A stretch of DNA of 64,000 nt from the human T2T-CHM13v2.0 reference genome, Homo sapiens (GCF_009914755.1 NC_060925.1); one strand, 5' to 3'; counted from the first letter of the stretch, positions 31,780 through 45,306 are shown. Numbers and translations are program-made. Notes: generated by a model not told the origin, from the letters alone.

Positions 31780-32232
31780 AGCTCCAGGCAGAACTGGTTT
31801 CAGAGGCTCAAGCAATGTCACATGTTCTTGAGCTCCACCTCCAGCCTGACTCTGCCCCTTGCCATGCCTTGGCTCTACGCTCAGGCTCCAGGTGGGGACA
31901 CACTGCCTATGGGACCCAGCCTCTCATAGTCCATGTCCAGTCGGGAAGCAAATACCCACCTCCCAACTGTTCCAGCCAAAGCCTCCTTACATCTCACTGG
32001 CTCTGACTGAGTTTCATGCCCATCTCTGAGCCAGTCACTGTGGCCAAGGGAGTACAATGTTATGATGAGCCATGCCTGAGTCAAACACTCTATCCAGAGT
32101 ATCAGGGGAAAAAGCACCACCAAGCGTACCATATGGTGAGGGAGGAGTGAGTCTCCTGAGGAAATCTGGGCTATAGTTATGAGAAGTACGCAGGGTGGCC
32201 ACTGGAGAGCCAAAATAACAGATGGCCCTGTC
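31780..32232 (-). mobile_element. MLT1K-like MaLR LTR (its other end probably at about 23990-24060)
   Basis: ctcactggctctgactgagtttcatgcccatctctgagccagtcactgtggccaaggg. Confidence 0.7.
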
Positions 32233-32539
32233 AGGGAGTGAGTAAATGAACAAATGACTTACCCACTGTCACCCAGCAAGGAAGTGACAGGTGCTTGAGG
32301 CTAGCCTCCTGAGCAGATCACAGCAAAGGACACATGGTGGTTTCCCTTCTATAACACTCACAATAACTGGCACAGAGCAGGCCCACAGCAGCTATCCATC
32401 AATAGCTCCTGACCTGACTTTTTGCCTTGATGTGTTTGCCCTCTATCGGAGTCAGAAGCACCATGGTGAAGGAGAGATTGCCAAGGAAAACATGGGAGAA
32501 AAAAACAGGACTTGAGTGGGGATGTGTGAGTGGAGTGAA

Positions 32540-32760
32540 AGCATGGTGATATGACCCGTCCTAAGGCTGGGGCTCTTGCTCAGACATCATATGATTGATG
32601 CAAAATCTTATCCCCCAAACTCCACTGCAGCTCCAGCAGTTGACAGCTCTGTGACCTTGAACAAGTCACTTAACGTCTCTGAGTCTCAGATTCGTCACCC
32701 ATAAAATGTGAACCATACTTCCCAGGATTGTTGTGAGAGCAAAATTTGGTGCTTTATAAA
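32540..32760 (+). mobile_element. MIR SINE
   Basis: ctgtgaccttgaacaagtcacttaacgtctctgagtctcag...ataaaatg. Confidence 0.85.
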
Positions 32761-33404
32761 CTACAACCACAGCTTGAGGAGCAATCACTTTCAGCTGTTC
32801 CCGTGGGCATACACCACTTGTCCTTTTCCACCACTTCTTCCTACGCCATACTCCCTATATGGGATCCCTCAAACTCACTCTCAGCTTCAATCTCCAGCTC
32901 TCCATCACATCTACAGAATGGAGAAAATCTCTCATTTGGAAAATGTGTGACCTGCTTGTTGTGCCTAGCCTGTTGGCAACACACTAAGATGGTTTAGTAT
33001 GCTGCAAACAGTTGCAGAGCAAGACAGCCATGATGGAGGAACCAGACGCCAATCTCCACTTCTGGTGATCCCATGGTTGCTGTAAGGCACCAGGTGAAAT
33101 GGAGCACCCTTTGTGGATCTGGTATGCACAGCGGCATCTCAGACCACAAGGCCCTGGAGGAGGGCTGCTCATAGTATTATGGCCAAAGGAAGAGTTTAAA
33201 TCAGCTGCACAACCATGGGGTTGGGATATAGGGAACTTGTGGTCCATCTGTCAGGATCTTTTGCTGAATAGCCTCGTTATTTGGGCATCATATAAATTGT
33301 GCCTGGGATGCTCAGTCATAAAACACCAGCAAGCTCTGAGAACAGGAGCTAGAGAGGCAACCCTAAGCCTGTTTTGCCAGGAGAATTCACTGAGATGCAG
33401 AAGC

Positions 33405-33785
33405 AGGTACACACCTTCACATTCACACCATTCATATGCACATTTAAGCTCATACTCAGGCACATATGGTCACATAAACCCTCTCAGCATTCGCATAGCA
33501 CTCTAATACCCAGATACACCTACCTTTACTCCACTTCAGTCTTCACACAAGATACGTACTCACTGGCATTCAGAAAATATGGTAAGCAGATATTCAAATG
33601 CATACCCATGCAGACACACCCTGAAATAATCCACCCACCAACAGGTTCACAATTAGCCTCAGACTTTATACACCCCACAACACAAGTGATCACGCAATTC
33701 ACATATGACTACATACTCAGACACATTCCAACATACACTGTCAAGCATACATTGCACACTCACACACACATACACACACACTGGA
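33405..33785. repeat. Degenerate CA-rich low-complexity tract
   Basis: Dense cac/aca/cata motifs, G-poor on the + strand, ending cacacacacatacacacaca. Confidence 0.7.
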
Positions 33786-34479
33786 AGTCTACATTCGAAG
33801 GCTAATGGCTCTTCTGTGCCTATTACAGCCTTCACTTCTTTGCTGACTTTGTTTTCACTCGAAATCTTGGTTCAAAATGGGTCCCCACTGAGCACGTTAT
33901 CTGAGGGTTTTCAGCCATATGCTTGCTACTAAAATTCTGCCTATGTGTCAGATTCTGGCATGAATGAAATGCAGCCCACACACGTGTATACATTGCAAAC
34001 AAGAGCCAGAATGTAGATCTCACTGCGGGATAGATGGAAACCTTAGAGAGAGCCCTGGCACCTCTCCAGGAAGTGCATTCTGGTTGAGTATAGTTTTCAG
34101 ACAGCTCTCCCAAGGCTGGTCTCTGTGGCCCACCCAGCTCCAAGGTCCAGTGTCATAGCACTGGAGTTCCTTCCTGGGGTTCCTTCCACTGCATGCAAGA
34201 AGGGCACAACTGGAACCTCTGAGAGCTGAGCCCAGCATCTGGGAAAGGCCCCAAAGCTAAGGTTCCTCCAGGTTGGAAAGAAGATTAGAAAGAGACACAG
34301 GGCTGCTCAGAGGATGTCAAAGCTTTAGCTTAGACAGTTTTGCCCCAGGATCAGTCAAAGCTTTGCTGCAAGAATAAAACAGCTACAAGGAAGCATTGAA
34401 GCTCTGCTCAGAATACAGGGAGGGCAGGCAGGTGGAATGTGTAGAGGCAAGCCTAGGAGGATAAACAGCAAATCCACCA

Positions 34480-34700
34480 TGCGAGACAAGCTTGCAGCCA
34501 GGTGACTTGCTAGTTGTATATCCTCGGGCAAGTGACTAAACCTCTCTGTGCCTCAGTTCCCTCACCTGTAAAAAGGGTCTACTGACACTATTCACATGAT
34601 AGAGTAGTTGTGGGGATGAAATGAGTTATTAATAATAATAGAGAACTCATTTTATCTTTCGTATAGCTAAGGCACTTAGAGCCTGGCATATAGCAAAGGC
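34480..34700 (+). mobile_element. MIR SINE (tail resumes at 35153-35185 after the MLT1C)
   Basis: cgggcaagtgactaaacctctctgtgcctcagttccctcacctgtaaaa. Confidence 0.88.
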
Positions 34701-34701
34701 T

Positions 34702-35152
34702 TATATTACTTTCCAACTGCTACTGTAGCAAATTATCCCAAACTTCGTGGCTTAAAACAACAGAAACGTATTGTCTCACAGTTCTGGAGGTCAGAAGTGT
34801 AAAGCGAGTTTTACAGGACGAAATCAAGGTGTTGGCAGGGCTAATTCCTTCTGGAGGCTCCAGGGAAATATTCGTTCCTTTCCTCATCCAACTTCTAGAG
34901 TCGGTCTGCGTTCCCTGCCTCACGGCCACATCACTCTTCTCTGTTTCTGCTGTCACATCGCCTTCTTCTCTCATTGGTCCTCTTGCCTTCCTCTTATAAG
35001 GACGCTTGTGGTTAAATTGGGCCCACCCAGTTAACCTCCCCATCTCAGGATCCTTAACTCAATTTCATCTACAAGTCCCTTTCGCCAAATAAGGTAAGTT
35101 ATTCACGAGACGTGGGTATCCTTGGTGGTGGGGCATTAGTCAGCCTTCCACA
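34702..35152 (-). mobile_element. MLT1C-type MaLR solo LTR
   Basis: gtggcttaaaacaaca...tctcacagttctggaggtcagaagt, ccttctggaggctccaggg, cttataaggac; ends ttccaca; flanked by ggct. Confidence 0.88.
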
Positions 35153-35284
35153 GGCTCAGTAAACGTCAGTAATGTTATTATAAAGTCCTCACAGCTACCT
35201 TGCCCAGAGCTACATAGATGGTAAGTACCAGGGCTGTGAGCTCAGATCTCTATGATCTCATGGCCCTTTTCCCTTTCCACAAAG

Positions 35285-35470
35285 CCACTGGGCTTCAACC
35301 TTGGGGAGCATCAGAATCACTCAGAAGGCTTGTTAAAGCACAGTTCCCTGGGTCCACCCCCAAAGGTTCTGATTCTGATTCTGGGGTAGAACCCAAGAAT
35401 TTGCATTTCTAACAAGATTTCAGGTGATCTTGAAGATGCTGTTCTGGGTGTCAAGCTTTGAGAACCCCTA
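35285..35470. mobile_element. MER5A MITE
   Basis: gcatcagaatcac...cttgttaaagcacag...aagaatttgcatttctaacaag...ctttgagaacc. Confidence 0.88.
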
Positions 35471-35734
35471 TCCTACAACATGCTGCCCACAGAGAGGAGT
35501 GAGTTCCCTGTCTTTGCAGGAGTTCAAGCAGAAGCTGAATGACTGCTGGTCACAGAGGTAGGAGGAGGGAGGATACAACCAAATGCTATTTGCCTTGCCA
35601 CCAAGAGGCTCTCAGAGTCTGGGCACTCAGTAGGAAGGGTGTCCCGGATCTTGTGGGGACAGGTGGGTTCTGTTCAGCCTATTAACTGAATGCCTGTTAG
35701 AGCTCCAGTCTCTATCCCCATTAGAGGCAACCTG

Positions 35735-35990
35735 GAGCCATCAAAAGAGCCTGGGCTCTGGATTCTGATGGGATTGGGTTTCAGACCCCTCACTCACCCC
35801 TTACTCCTTACTCACTCACTCACAGCATGGCCTGGGGCAGGCAAATGACTCAACTCTTCAGAACCCAAGTTATTTTCCTCTGTAGGATGGAGAGCTAAAT
35901 GCCTGCCTCCTAGGGCTGTTTTATGGATTAGAAAAAAAGTAGTAACATAACATGACTTGCACAGCAAATGTAAGGTCCCAAAAATGTCAG
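35735..35990 (+). mobile_element. MIR SINE
   Basis: aaagagcctgggctctgga...ctctgtaggatggag...tagggctgttttatggatta. Confidence 0.7.
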
Positions 35991-36384
35991 GTCACCTCCG
36001 CTTGAAAGGAAGAAGAGTAGTCATCTTTTTAGATCTCACATTATCATTATCAAGGCCGTGCACACAGTAGGGCAGGGGATACAGAGCACAGACAGGAGAA
36101 AGACAGGGTATGATGAGAATAGCAGAAGGGATGCAGGCAGTAAACGAGGGCTCCAGGCTGGGAGAGCAGGGGTATTCCAAAAGTGGAGGGGAAGGAATTT
36201 GGATGAGAGGGATTCCACCAGCATTTGGTGGCAGCTTCAGAATCTTTTTCAGTGGGCAAGTTTAAGGGACCAGATCAAACCCAAATGCCTTTCCTTTGAG
36301 ATTCTCTTCCTTCCTCTGCTGAAAAAGCATTACTGGTTCCATCTCTGGCTTTGGGATGGGAGGACAGTGTGGTCTATTATTTAT

Positions 36385-36515
36385 AGAGGGTCTACTATGA
36401 GCCAGGCTCTGTACTAGATGCTTGACATATGCCATCTCGTGCAAGCTGCCCCAAAATTTATGAGGCAGGCATGCTCATCCTGTTGTATAGATAGGGAAAC
36501 TGAGGCTCAGAGAGC
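36385..36515 (-). mobile_element. MIR SINE fragment
   Basis: tactatgagccaggc...agatagggaaactgaggctcagagag. Confidence 0.85.
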
Positions 36516-38279
36516 CTCATCTCCCTTCCCTCTCTGTTCCAGATGTGATGTCACCTGCTTATCCTAGCAGCTGCTTTCACCTCCCAGTTGCAGGACCCCT
36601 GAGCAAACCTTCTCAGCTTCCCTCCTTTGCACCAGTATCTGTGCTGTGCTTGTCAGTGGAATTCTTGCAGGACTGCAGGGAAGTTGGGTGTATGTGGTTG
36701 GCGGTGGTGGTGGTGGAGAGATGTTATGGAGTCAATAGTCATTCATCAACCACCTTCAAAAAGCTGTCTCCCCTTGTGCTGTTTATTATTATTATTATTT
36801 TCCAGGCTACATTGCCCACAATGGTTATTGCCTCCAACTCCAGAGGGCCACATCAGCTGCCACTGACTTTTATTCCTGCAAATAAAAATGTAAGCTCCAC
36901 AATGAGAAAAACACAAGCTAAAGAGACAAAGCCCATAAACTTGAATTTTAAATGTGGAAAGGTGATGCCAGTAACTCTCAGGATGCTGCCTCCCACATCC
37001 CCTCTGCACCCATCCACACTGTGTATGACTCCCCTTAAGGATGAGAAGGGTCCCAAGTAAATAGGTGGGATGGGTGACAAATTAGGAAGAATTAAGTTAA
37101 GCTTGAAGTGGTTTGTGCTGCCCCCTGTCCCCAGTACACACAGACTTAGGTTAAACTCCTAACCAAAAAAATGAAAACAAGTTTAAAACCATCATGCTTT
37201 CTGGATACTATGTCTTTGAATGTTTTCTGTGTATGTAGACATTTTCAACTCCTGTGTATTACATTTCCCATGTATTGGCCTCAGTGGAAAGTCTGGTCCC
37301 TCCTTAAAGCAGGCTGAGCTTTTCTGGCAGCCAGAGGCAGGAGGAGCAGCCTCCTATCAGGCTGAAGAAGCCAAGACGTCTTCCAGGCAGGAAGCGTAGG
37401 TTGACAGCCATGAAATAGTCTTTTCTTCAATAGCCAAGTGGGAGTCTCCATCTTCCACTGCAGGGCAATGGGTAGGGGGGAGGGCAAAAACCAGACTTGG
37501 AACCTGTGGCAGGTCATGGCCAGGCCCCTGAAGATGCTGAGAGAAATAGCGGGGGCCCTGCTCTGGAGGAGCTTAAGACCAGTAGGAATGACATATGGAG
37601 AAACAGATGAAGTACAACCCAGGCACTGTCGTGGGGGGTCATACTCAGGAAAGCCTGAGGAGGGAGGAGGAAGGGAGGATTGTGCAGTCTCCTGGAGAGG
37701 TCAAGATTGGCTTCTCAGAAGCAGCTCTTGAACATGATCAGGAAGAGGAAGCAGATTGTACAGACTGCCCCAACCTGGGCCATTGTCTCTCTTCTTTCTC
37801 TCAACAAAGTCCTGAGGGTGCCTCTGCCATCTCCTCACCATGCTCTTCTATAATAATTATTTATCTACCCCAGAAAATAAGCTCTTTAGGTCCAGGGCCA
37901 TGTTATTTTTTTCTCTATGTCTTCTGCGCCCAATACAGTACATGGTAGGCACTCAAAAATGTGTTGGACAGAGCGTAGAAGTTGGGAGGCTCCCTTAGGT
38001 CTGGCTATGCTATCGAGTACTTGGGGAGAATGAGAGCCAATGGAGTGGTGAGGAGAGCAGGGGCCAGATCTCACGGGATTTGAGTGACAAGAAGGACCTT
38101 GGACTCTATCCTGCTGGAAATGTGTCCAAGGCCCCAGGACAGCTTTGGAATTATCCTGGTTGGATCACAGAGCTGGCTTCAGAGTCTCTCTGAGTAGCAG
38201 CCATTAGCCCTGATTACTGATGACCAGTGTTGGGGTGGTGGCACCATGAGCCAAAGCCTACCTCTGACCCCTCACTTTC

Positions 38280-39140
38280 CCATATCTCAACCTCCTCCAC
38301 CCCAAGAACCCCTGTTTTGGTAATGCTACCACCATGCACCCCATTGCTCAGGCCCCAAGCCATAGATTCATTTTTTATTCTTCTCTTTCTCTTCTCTCCA
38401 TTTAATCCATAAAAAGATCTGTGGCTTTCTCTCTAAAATATACCCCAGTCCACTTTTGCCCATCTCTCCCTCTACCTCCCCAGTCCAGGCAGCCATCTCT
38501 TCCCTCCTGCATTGTTGCCATGGCCTTTTACCCAAAACTTGGGCTCCATCCTCACCTTTCTTCCCCATCCACTGTCTGGCCATCCTCCAGGCAAACATGG
38601 TCTTGTAAAAATGCATGACTGATCATATCATCTCCATATGCAAGTCCTAATTCCTTTGCACAGCCTTCCCAACTCTGCATTGTTCCATCCCCATATCTGT
38701 GACCTCACTGCACACCACCCTTCTACTCACTAGCTTCTGCCACTCTGGCCTCTTTCTGTTCTGCAAACAAGCCAAACCTGCCCTCTTCTTGGGGCCTTTG
38801 CACTTGCAGTCCAGGTCCTTGTTTCTCACTTAGAACATTTTTTTTTCCATCTCTTTGCAGGGTTCTCCTCATCCTGTAGGTCTCAGTTAAACCCTTTCTC
38901 TACAGGGACTTCCCTGAACACCCTTTCTAAATGATCTCTGTCTGCATCCCTAATCTCCATCCCATCTCCTCTCATTACCCAATTTATTCTCATCACAGCA
39001 ATTATTAAGATGAAAGTGTCTTTACCTGCTAGTGTTTATCTCTTCTGCTGGAATTTAAGCTCCATGAGAGCAGAGACCTTGTGTGACTTGTTTACCTTGA
39101 TGTTCCTAGCACATAACAGGCACTCTATGCATGCTGCTAT
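38280..39140 (+). mobile_element. L2 LINE 3' region
   Basis: ttgctcaggcc, aggcagccatctct, ggcctttgcacttgcagt, taagctccatgagagcagagacc. Confidence 0.8.
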
Positions 39141-40009
39141 TATTATTATTGTATGTGTTGTTATTCTAATTATTACATACAGCGTGTTCCTAGCACCTAG
39201 AACACTGCATGGCCTGTAGCAGGTAGGCTATAATAATAATAGATAATAATAACAATAATAGATATTATTTGAACAGTTAAATAAACAGAGAAATAAGGCC
39301 CCCCGAGGCTTGGGTGGAGGATGAGATTGAACACAGAATAAGCCCCAGGTGACCCAGGGGAGGAGGGGCTCACTGATTCCACCCAATGTCGTTTAGGAAT
39401 GAGAGGAACCCTGCCTCCCGTAAAATCTCATCTCTAAGCCAGAGAGTCTCAGTGACTTGAGAATCAGAGGACCTGTAAGTATTAGAAAGCCAACCCCCCC
39501 GCCCCGGACTACCACCCCTCCAGAGTGTTGTAAATCATATCTGCCCATCTCTGCAAACCTGCTTCCCAGGATGGGGAGAGGGGGTATTCCTCTCTCACTC
39601 AGAACAGCCCAGCTAGAGAGCTGGTGCAGAATTAGTCTATGTGAAGCCCTAATTCTGATGCTGAAGGTTGGATGAGCCCCAAGGACACAGAGATGACATT
39701 AGCTGCCCTGGAATTTCTGGCAATGCTCTAAGACCCACCCCACCCCACCCATGAAGCTGACAACCCTAGAAGCAGCCCTCTCGTGCTTCTTTTGGCCAGG
39801 TTAAGTATTGCCAATCGCTACCTTTTTCCCCATATGACCCAGTATTGAGTCTTCTTACCACTCTAGTTATAACCCTGTGAACACATACCAGTCTTTCATC
39901 GCTCCTTTAAAAACACCCTGTCCAGATTGAAGACCATTACCAGAGACAGGGTCTGCCTACAGAGCAGAAACATGAACTCCCTTTCTCTAGCTACTAAACC
40001 TCTATTAAT

Positions 40010-40420
40010 GTAGCCCTGAGGGTAATTAAAAATCACTAAAGGTGAGTGCTGAGATGAAGACAGAAAGAGGGCAGCACTTTGGGAGAATCCTGTAACTATG
40101 GGATGGGCTAAAGAAGAAAACCCAGAGAAGGAAACTGAGAAGGAACAGTCCAAGAGGTCGGTGGAAAGCACGTTTCCCAGGTACAAGAAGGATGGGAAGA
40201 GACTGTCCCACAGCTACAGGCAGCTAATAACCATACACACAGAGAGACCAACAGAATGAGATGAGACCGTGTGCTTTCTCTAACGATTCCTCTGGTCAGA
40301 TCCTTCGAGGGAGATTTTCTATGGCACGGTGGGGTAGAAGTCAGACTGCAAGGGGCAGAGGAGAGAGGGATGCGGGGGCAGGAAGTGTAGACAACACTTT
40401 TAAGATTTAAGGGCAGGACT
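40010..40420 (-). mobile_element. L2 LINE fragment
   Basis: gagaaggaaactgagaaggaacagtcc, gtagaagtcagactgca, agtgtagacaacactttt. Confidence 0.7.
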
Positions 40421-40469
40421 TTGGTGCTGGGAAGCTGGGGCGGCAGAGGCAGAAGGCAGGATCAGGCAC

Positions 40470-40901
40470 TGTGGTGGACATCCGCAGTTGGTGTGTCCAG
40501 GCCCTTCCTTCTTCTGGTAACCACACGCCCATTTCTTTGGGGATCATTTCCCTCTCTCAACCCCAACCGTTTCATTTCAGTGAGACCAGAAGAGGGCATG
40601 AGTCAAGCTAGGGCAATCAGAGTCCCCCCCTGGGATTTCTCCAATTAAAACCAAGGAAATAGAGTATTTATCTCTAGCGATGACTCCCAGGATTTGTCAG
40701 GAGTAGCTGATGGAGAAAGCCCACCTGGCAGAATTCAGTTGACATTCCAGAGAGACAGAGGTTATTGGGGTGTCTGAGCCCCTGCCAGGCCTGAGATTTG
40801 GTAACTTCAGCATTTGCCAAATAGGTTACAAGAGCCACTAGTAACCTAAACGAAATCGAATTGGGTTTCTGTCATTGGCAATCAGAATAATTCTAATATC
40901 A
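40470..40901 (+). mobile_element. MLT1K/L-type MaLR LTR
   Basis: Starts tgtggtggaca; ccttcttctggtaac; ttgggtttctgtcattggcaa. Confidence 0.65.
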
Positions 40902-41242
40902 GAATTAAAGCCCAAAGGATGAGTTCACAGTGAGTCTGGTATCTAAGACAGTTTGATGCTAAGGCCACTCACATGCAGGGCCAGGGCCGCCCTCGTGGGC
41001 CTTATCCTTCTTGAGTCTGACGTCTCCAGTCTGGTGACCAAAGCCAATTGCACCTTGCATCTGCCCCTGCTATGATAACACAGCTGGACTGGCTGCCTTA
41101 TGGAGAAGGTGATTTATTTGCTTCATAAGCAGGAAGGCTAGAGGCACATCGTGGCAGAGCCCAAGCTTGCCTTTCTTTCCTATTTTACATTATATTTCAC
41201 CCTGGCAAGAGTGATTCTTCTTGGCCAGAAAATTGATTTTAA

Positions 41243-41772
<530 letters not shown>

Positions 41773-42296
41773 CCCAATTCCATTTATTGATGCACTTTTA
41801 TAACCAACTCCATCTGTGGCTCTCCAGTGTGGAGTGACGGGGCCCAGAGGAGGAAGTAGGCTGGAGGAGATCTGGACTTCAATTCTTGGCACCTGCCTAG
41901 AGGGAGCGAGCTGGCACCAGGAAAAAGGAGGCTGCCCAGCTGTTCTAGGAGGAACTGGGCTTCACAAGGGGATGGAGACTCTGATGCAGAGGCCCACGAG
42001 TGCTGCAGACCAACAGCCTCAGCTAAGACATCAGACACTGAGTAGGAAGGGGACAACACAGAGAGGTGAGTAGGGAAGAAGGAGGAACGCAGCTGACAGA
42101 GCTCAAGGTATGTATGGTCCTTGTTCCTACCTTTCATATTCCTGTGGCTACTTTGTGTAACCTGTCCCAGCACCTGGCTGCAGGGAGATGCCTTGGAAGT
42201 TGGTGTGCAGAATTTGGAAGTTCTGGAATCTGGAGCCTGAAAGGTTTCTGTCCCCATCCCAGCTCAGCCATTTACTAAGCATATGGGGTTGTCTGA

Positions 42297-42480
42297 CAGG
42301 GGTCTACAAAGCTTTTCTTAAAGGGCCAAATGGTAAATATTTTAAGCTTTGCAAGCCATAAGTTCTCTGTCACCATTCATCTCTGCCTTTGTAGCACCAG
42401 AGCAGCCACAGATAATGTGTAAATGAACAGATGTAGTTGTGTCCCATTAAAACTTTATCTATAAAAGCAGGTGGTCCATG
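42297..42480 (+). mobile_element. MER58A hAT-Charlie MITE
   Basis: cagggg...taaagggccaaatggtaaatattttaagctttgca...gcagccacagataatgtgtaaatgaa...taaaactttat. Confidence 0.85.
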
Positions 42481-42629
42481 CTCAGGATATAACTTGCCAA
42501 TCTGGAAGGCCTTCCAGTGCAGATGCAACTCTAGAAATTCTGTTTACAGCTCCAGGAGCTCATCCCAGCTGCTCAAAGGAAAACTACATAAATGTAACAA
42601 AGCAATCCTCTCTGCTAGTCACTTAACAC

Positions 42630-42840
42630 ACATGGTACAGCATAGTGGTCAAGAGCATGGGCTAAGCTCAAGCCTGACTTTGTCACATACAAGTTCTGAA
42701 ACCTTGGGAAAGTCACTGAACTGCTTTGTACCTCAGCGTCATCATCTGTAAAACGAAGATGCTAAACAGAAGATGGGTATGAGCATTCAATTAGTCAGCT
42801 CATGTGCTAGAATAGCGTCTGGACGAACCTTATTATTAAG
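42630..42840 (+). mobile_element. MIR SINE
   Basis: agcatagtggtcaagagcatggg...accttgggaaagtcactgaac...catctgtaaaa. Confidence 0.85.
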
Positions 42841-42859
42841 GAGTCTGATGAGATTGCAA

Positions 42860-43460
42860 GATGGATAATGTCAGGAGGCTTCCTTGTGACAGCAGAGGAA
42901 GACCTCTTTAAGCTAGCCTTAGAAACGCTTCCTAGAGGAAGTAACGCTGCAGCTGAAGCTCTCACAATAAATAGGAACATGTTCGAGCACCTACTGAAGG
43001 CAAGAAAAAGCAAGTCTTATTTAGGGACTCATAGGGAGATTCAGCTGTCTCAGAGATCAGAGTTGCTGAAGAGCAATGAGAGACAAAGGGGGAGAGAGAA
43101 GCAGGGGCCTGGTCATGCAAGACCATGCACACCATGCAGTTGAATGTGGATTTTTTTCTTCATGACAACGGGAGCCATAGAAAGGTTTTAACTGGGGGAG
43201 ATGTGTACTGAGATGAGTGCTTGCTCTGGCTGTTTGTAGAATGTAAACTAGAGAGGATGTGAGTGGAGACAGGAGACCACCAGAAAGTCCTGACATCAAT
43301 TCAGGCAGAGAGGAGGGGGCTGCCTTAAGGCAAGGGCCCTGGGAAGAGAGAGGCACAAGCAGAAGATGTTAAAGAGATCAAATTGTTAAGATAGGGAATC
43401 CTATGGGACGTAGGAAATGGGAAGGAAGGAAGAGTCAAGGGTGACTCCCAGGTTTTGGCC
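42860..43460 (-). mobile_element. L2 LINE fragment
   Basis: tcaggaggcttcct, gggagccatagaaaggtttta, ggaagagtcaagggtgactcccagg. Confidence 0.75.
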
Positions 43461-44679
43461 CACCACTTCCCTTTATAGTTCTAAAATGGCAAAGCTTTAT
43501 CACTGACTGATTCTGGGTCAGAACTCCAAACCCATCTTGTGATCCAAACTTGTGACAGGAAGGAGCCTGTCAGAGGTTATCTCACGCATCCCTCTGCCTC
43601 TGGGCCAGTCTGCATTCAACCCATCTAAGCAGTCAGCTGCAGGTGCAGCAAAGGACAGGCATGCCCTGAGCACACAGGTTGGCTCTGCTGTCCACAAGGA
43701 AGCAGCACCAGTGTGGAGGTGAAGGCCCTGAGGCCCCAGAGACTCGGGGCCTTGAGCTATTAAGAGGAACGGACCCCTGCTTCCTTTTTGCTTTTCGAAA
43801 TTAGCCAGCAGAGTCAGCCTCCTTGCTGGAAGGGGAGGAGGGTCTGGCAGCTAGCCACCCCAACCACATCACAGCTAGAGCTCCACAGCCCCAGCCACGA
43901 CAGATGTGATTTATCTACAGCCCAGGAAAAGCGGGAAAGGAATGCTTTTCTTCCCTTCCTTGCTGTTTGGGGCCATTCATCACCTTCGTTATTTTTATAG
44001 TCGTGTGGGAGTATTTAGCTCTCTTCACCACCCCCCAGGAAATGTGAACAAATAAGGAATCAGTACACATGCTATCAGGAAGGCATCAAGGCACAGAGCG
44101 GTGATTAAGAATGGGATGTCAAGTTTCCACCCCCCTGCCCTCTCTACTTCTTATTTTAACTCCCTCCCATCCCCTAGAATTCCCCAGATAGGACCTGAGA
44201 CTGTATCTGAGTTATAGATGAGAATGGAAGAGTTGCTCTAAAACAACTGGAACATCAGTAGACTTTAAAAAGGGGGATTATTGTAAAACTCTTGCCAAGT
44301 GACCTCTGATTTAAGCTGGTAGAGTAAACAAAAGAGTGACTCTGTGAGGTCAGTGTGAGGACAGTAGGACTTAAAGGTTTGCTGGAAAGATGGAAAGGTG
44401 GAGAAAGAAAATAGAACCCACTCTCGCATGGGTAAAGGTTTGCACGTTGCTCAACTCAAAGCAGAAGTGAAAGCTTTAATGCCTGAAGAGACTCTTTGCC
44501 CTCCCACAATGGGGACGTCGTGTTGCACAGTGGAGCTTTGTTCCTATTTGAACCTAGATTTGAATCTTGACTCCTCCATTACCTCAAGAATTTATAAAAT
44601 GAGGATAATAATATCTATTCATGGGGTTGTAAAAAGTCTAAAATTTTAGTGTATGTGCTTATTATCTGGCTTAAAGTCC

Positions 44680-44976
44680 AATACCAACATTATTATTTTG
44701 CTTCTCAAGTTATTTCAGCTTCAGCCATTAGGAGCTCCAGCAGGCTGGCTCCTCTGTTCTTTTGACAAGCCTCCAGATATTCCAAGCTCATCTTGTATTT
44801 TCCATTCTCAGCCCTGGAATCAGCTATTTCCCCTAGGAACCCTGGTTCCGTTTAATGGAGAACGTTGTTTAGAGACCAAGATTGGGGTGCTGGACATGCT
44901 TATTGCTACTGAGGTGTCATTGCTTGTAGCATCATTGCTTTCATCAGACAGAGCTAGGAAATAAATGTATGTACAC
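44680..44976 (-). mobile_element. L1MC4-like 3'UTR fragment
   Basis: ccaagctcatcttgtattttcc...cagccctggaatcagc...ttagagaccaagat...cagagctaggaaata. Confidence 0.8.
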
Positions 44977-45101
44977 CAACGATGTGTTTTTGTAAGATGA
45001 AAGTGAGGTAAGAAATACACAAAAATGCTTTATCCTATTTTTGCAACTTTCCTATTCTTTCAAAATTAAGTTTTTATTTTAAGTATATAAAGCACCTAGA
45101 G

Positions 45102-45306
45102 CAGGCGTGTCCAATCTTTTGGCTTCCCTGGGCTACATTGAAAGAAGAATTGTCTTGGGCCACCATAAAATACACCAACACTAATGATAGCTGATGAGCT
45201 AAAAAAAAAAAATGCAAAAAAAAATTTCATAATGTTCTAAGAAAGTTTATGAATTTATTTTGGGCCACATTCAAAGCTGTCCTGGGCTGCAGGTTGGATA
45301 AGCTTG
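45102..45306 (+). mobile_element. MER30 hAT-Charlie MITE
   Basis: cagg-gtgtccaatcttttggcttccctgggc...gatagctgatgagcta...gttggataagcttg. Confidence 0.92.

Noticed and set aside
33099-33805. 135-aa and 143-aa overlapping ORFs
   Set aside because: Composition is driven by the CA-rich tract; no homology recognised
35195-35226. ATG|GTAAGT perfect donor with a 26-nt upstream segment
   Set aside because: Upstream acceptor is weak, and isolated consensus donors are expected by chance in 64 kb
36545-37060. 171-aa ORF in unique sequence
   Set aside because: Non-ATG start in the track, no recognisable domain, and a low-complexity IIIII run from (TTA)n; consistent with a chance ORF
41784-42257. 157-aa minus-strand ORF
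   Set aside because: Ser/Pro/Leu-rich antisense reading of purine-rich DNA, starting in a MIR; no coding evidence
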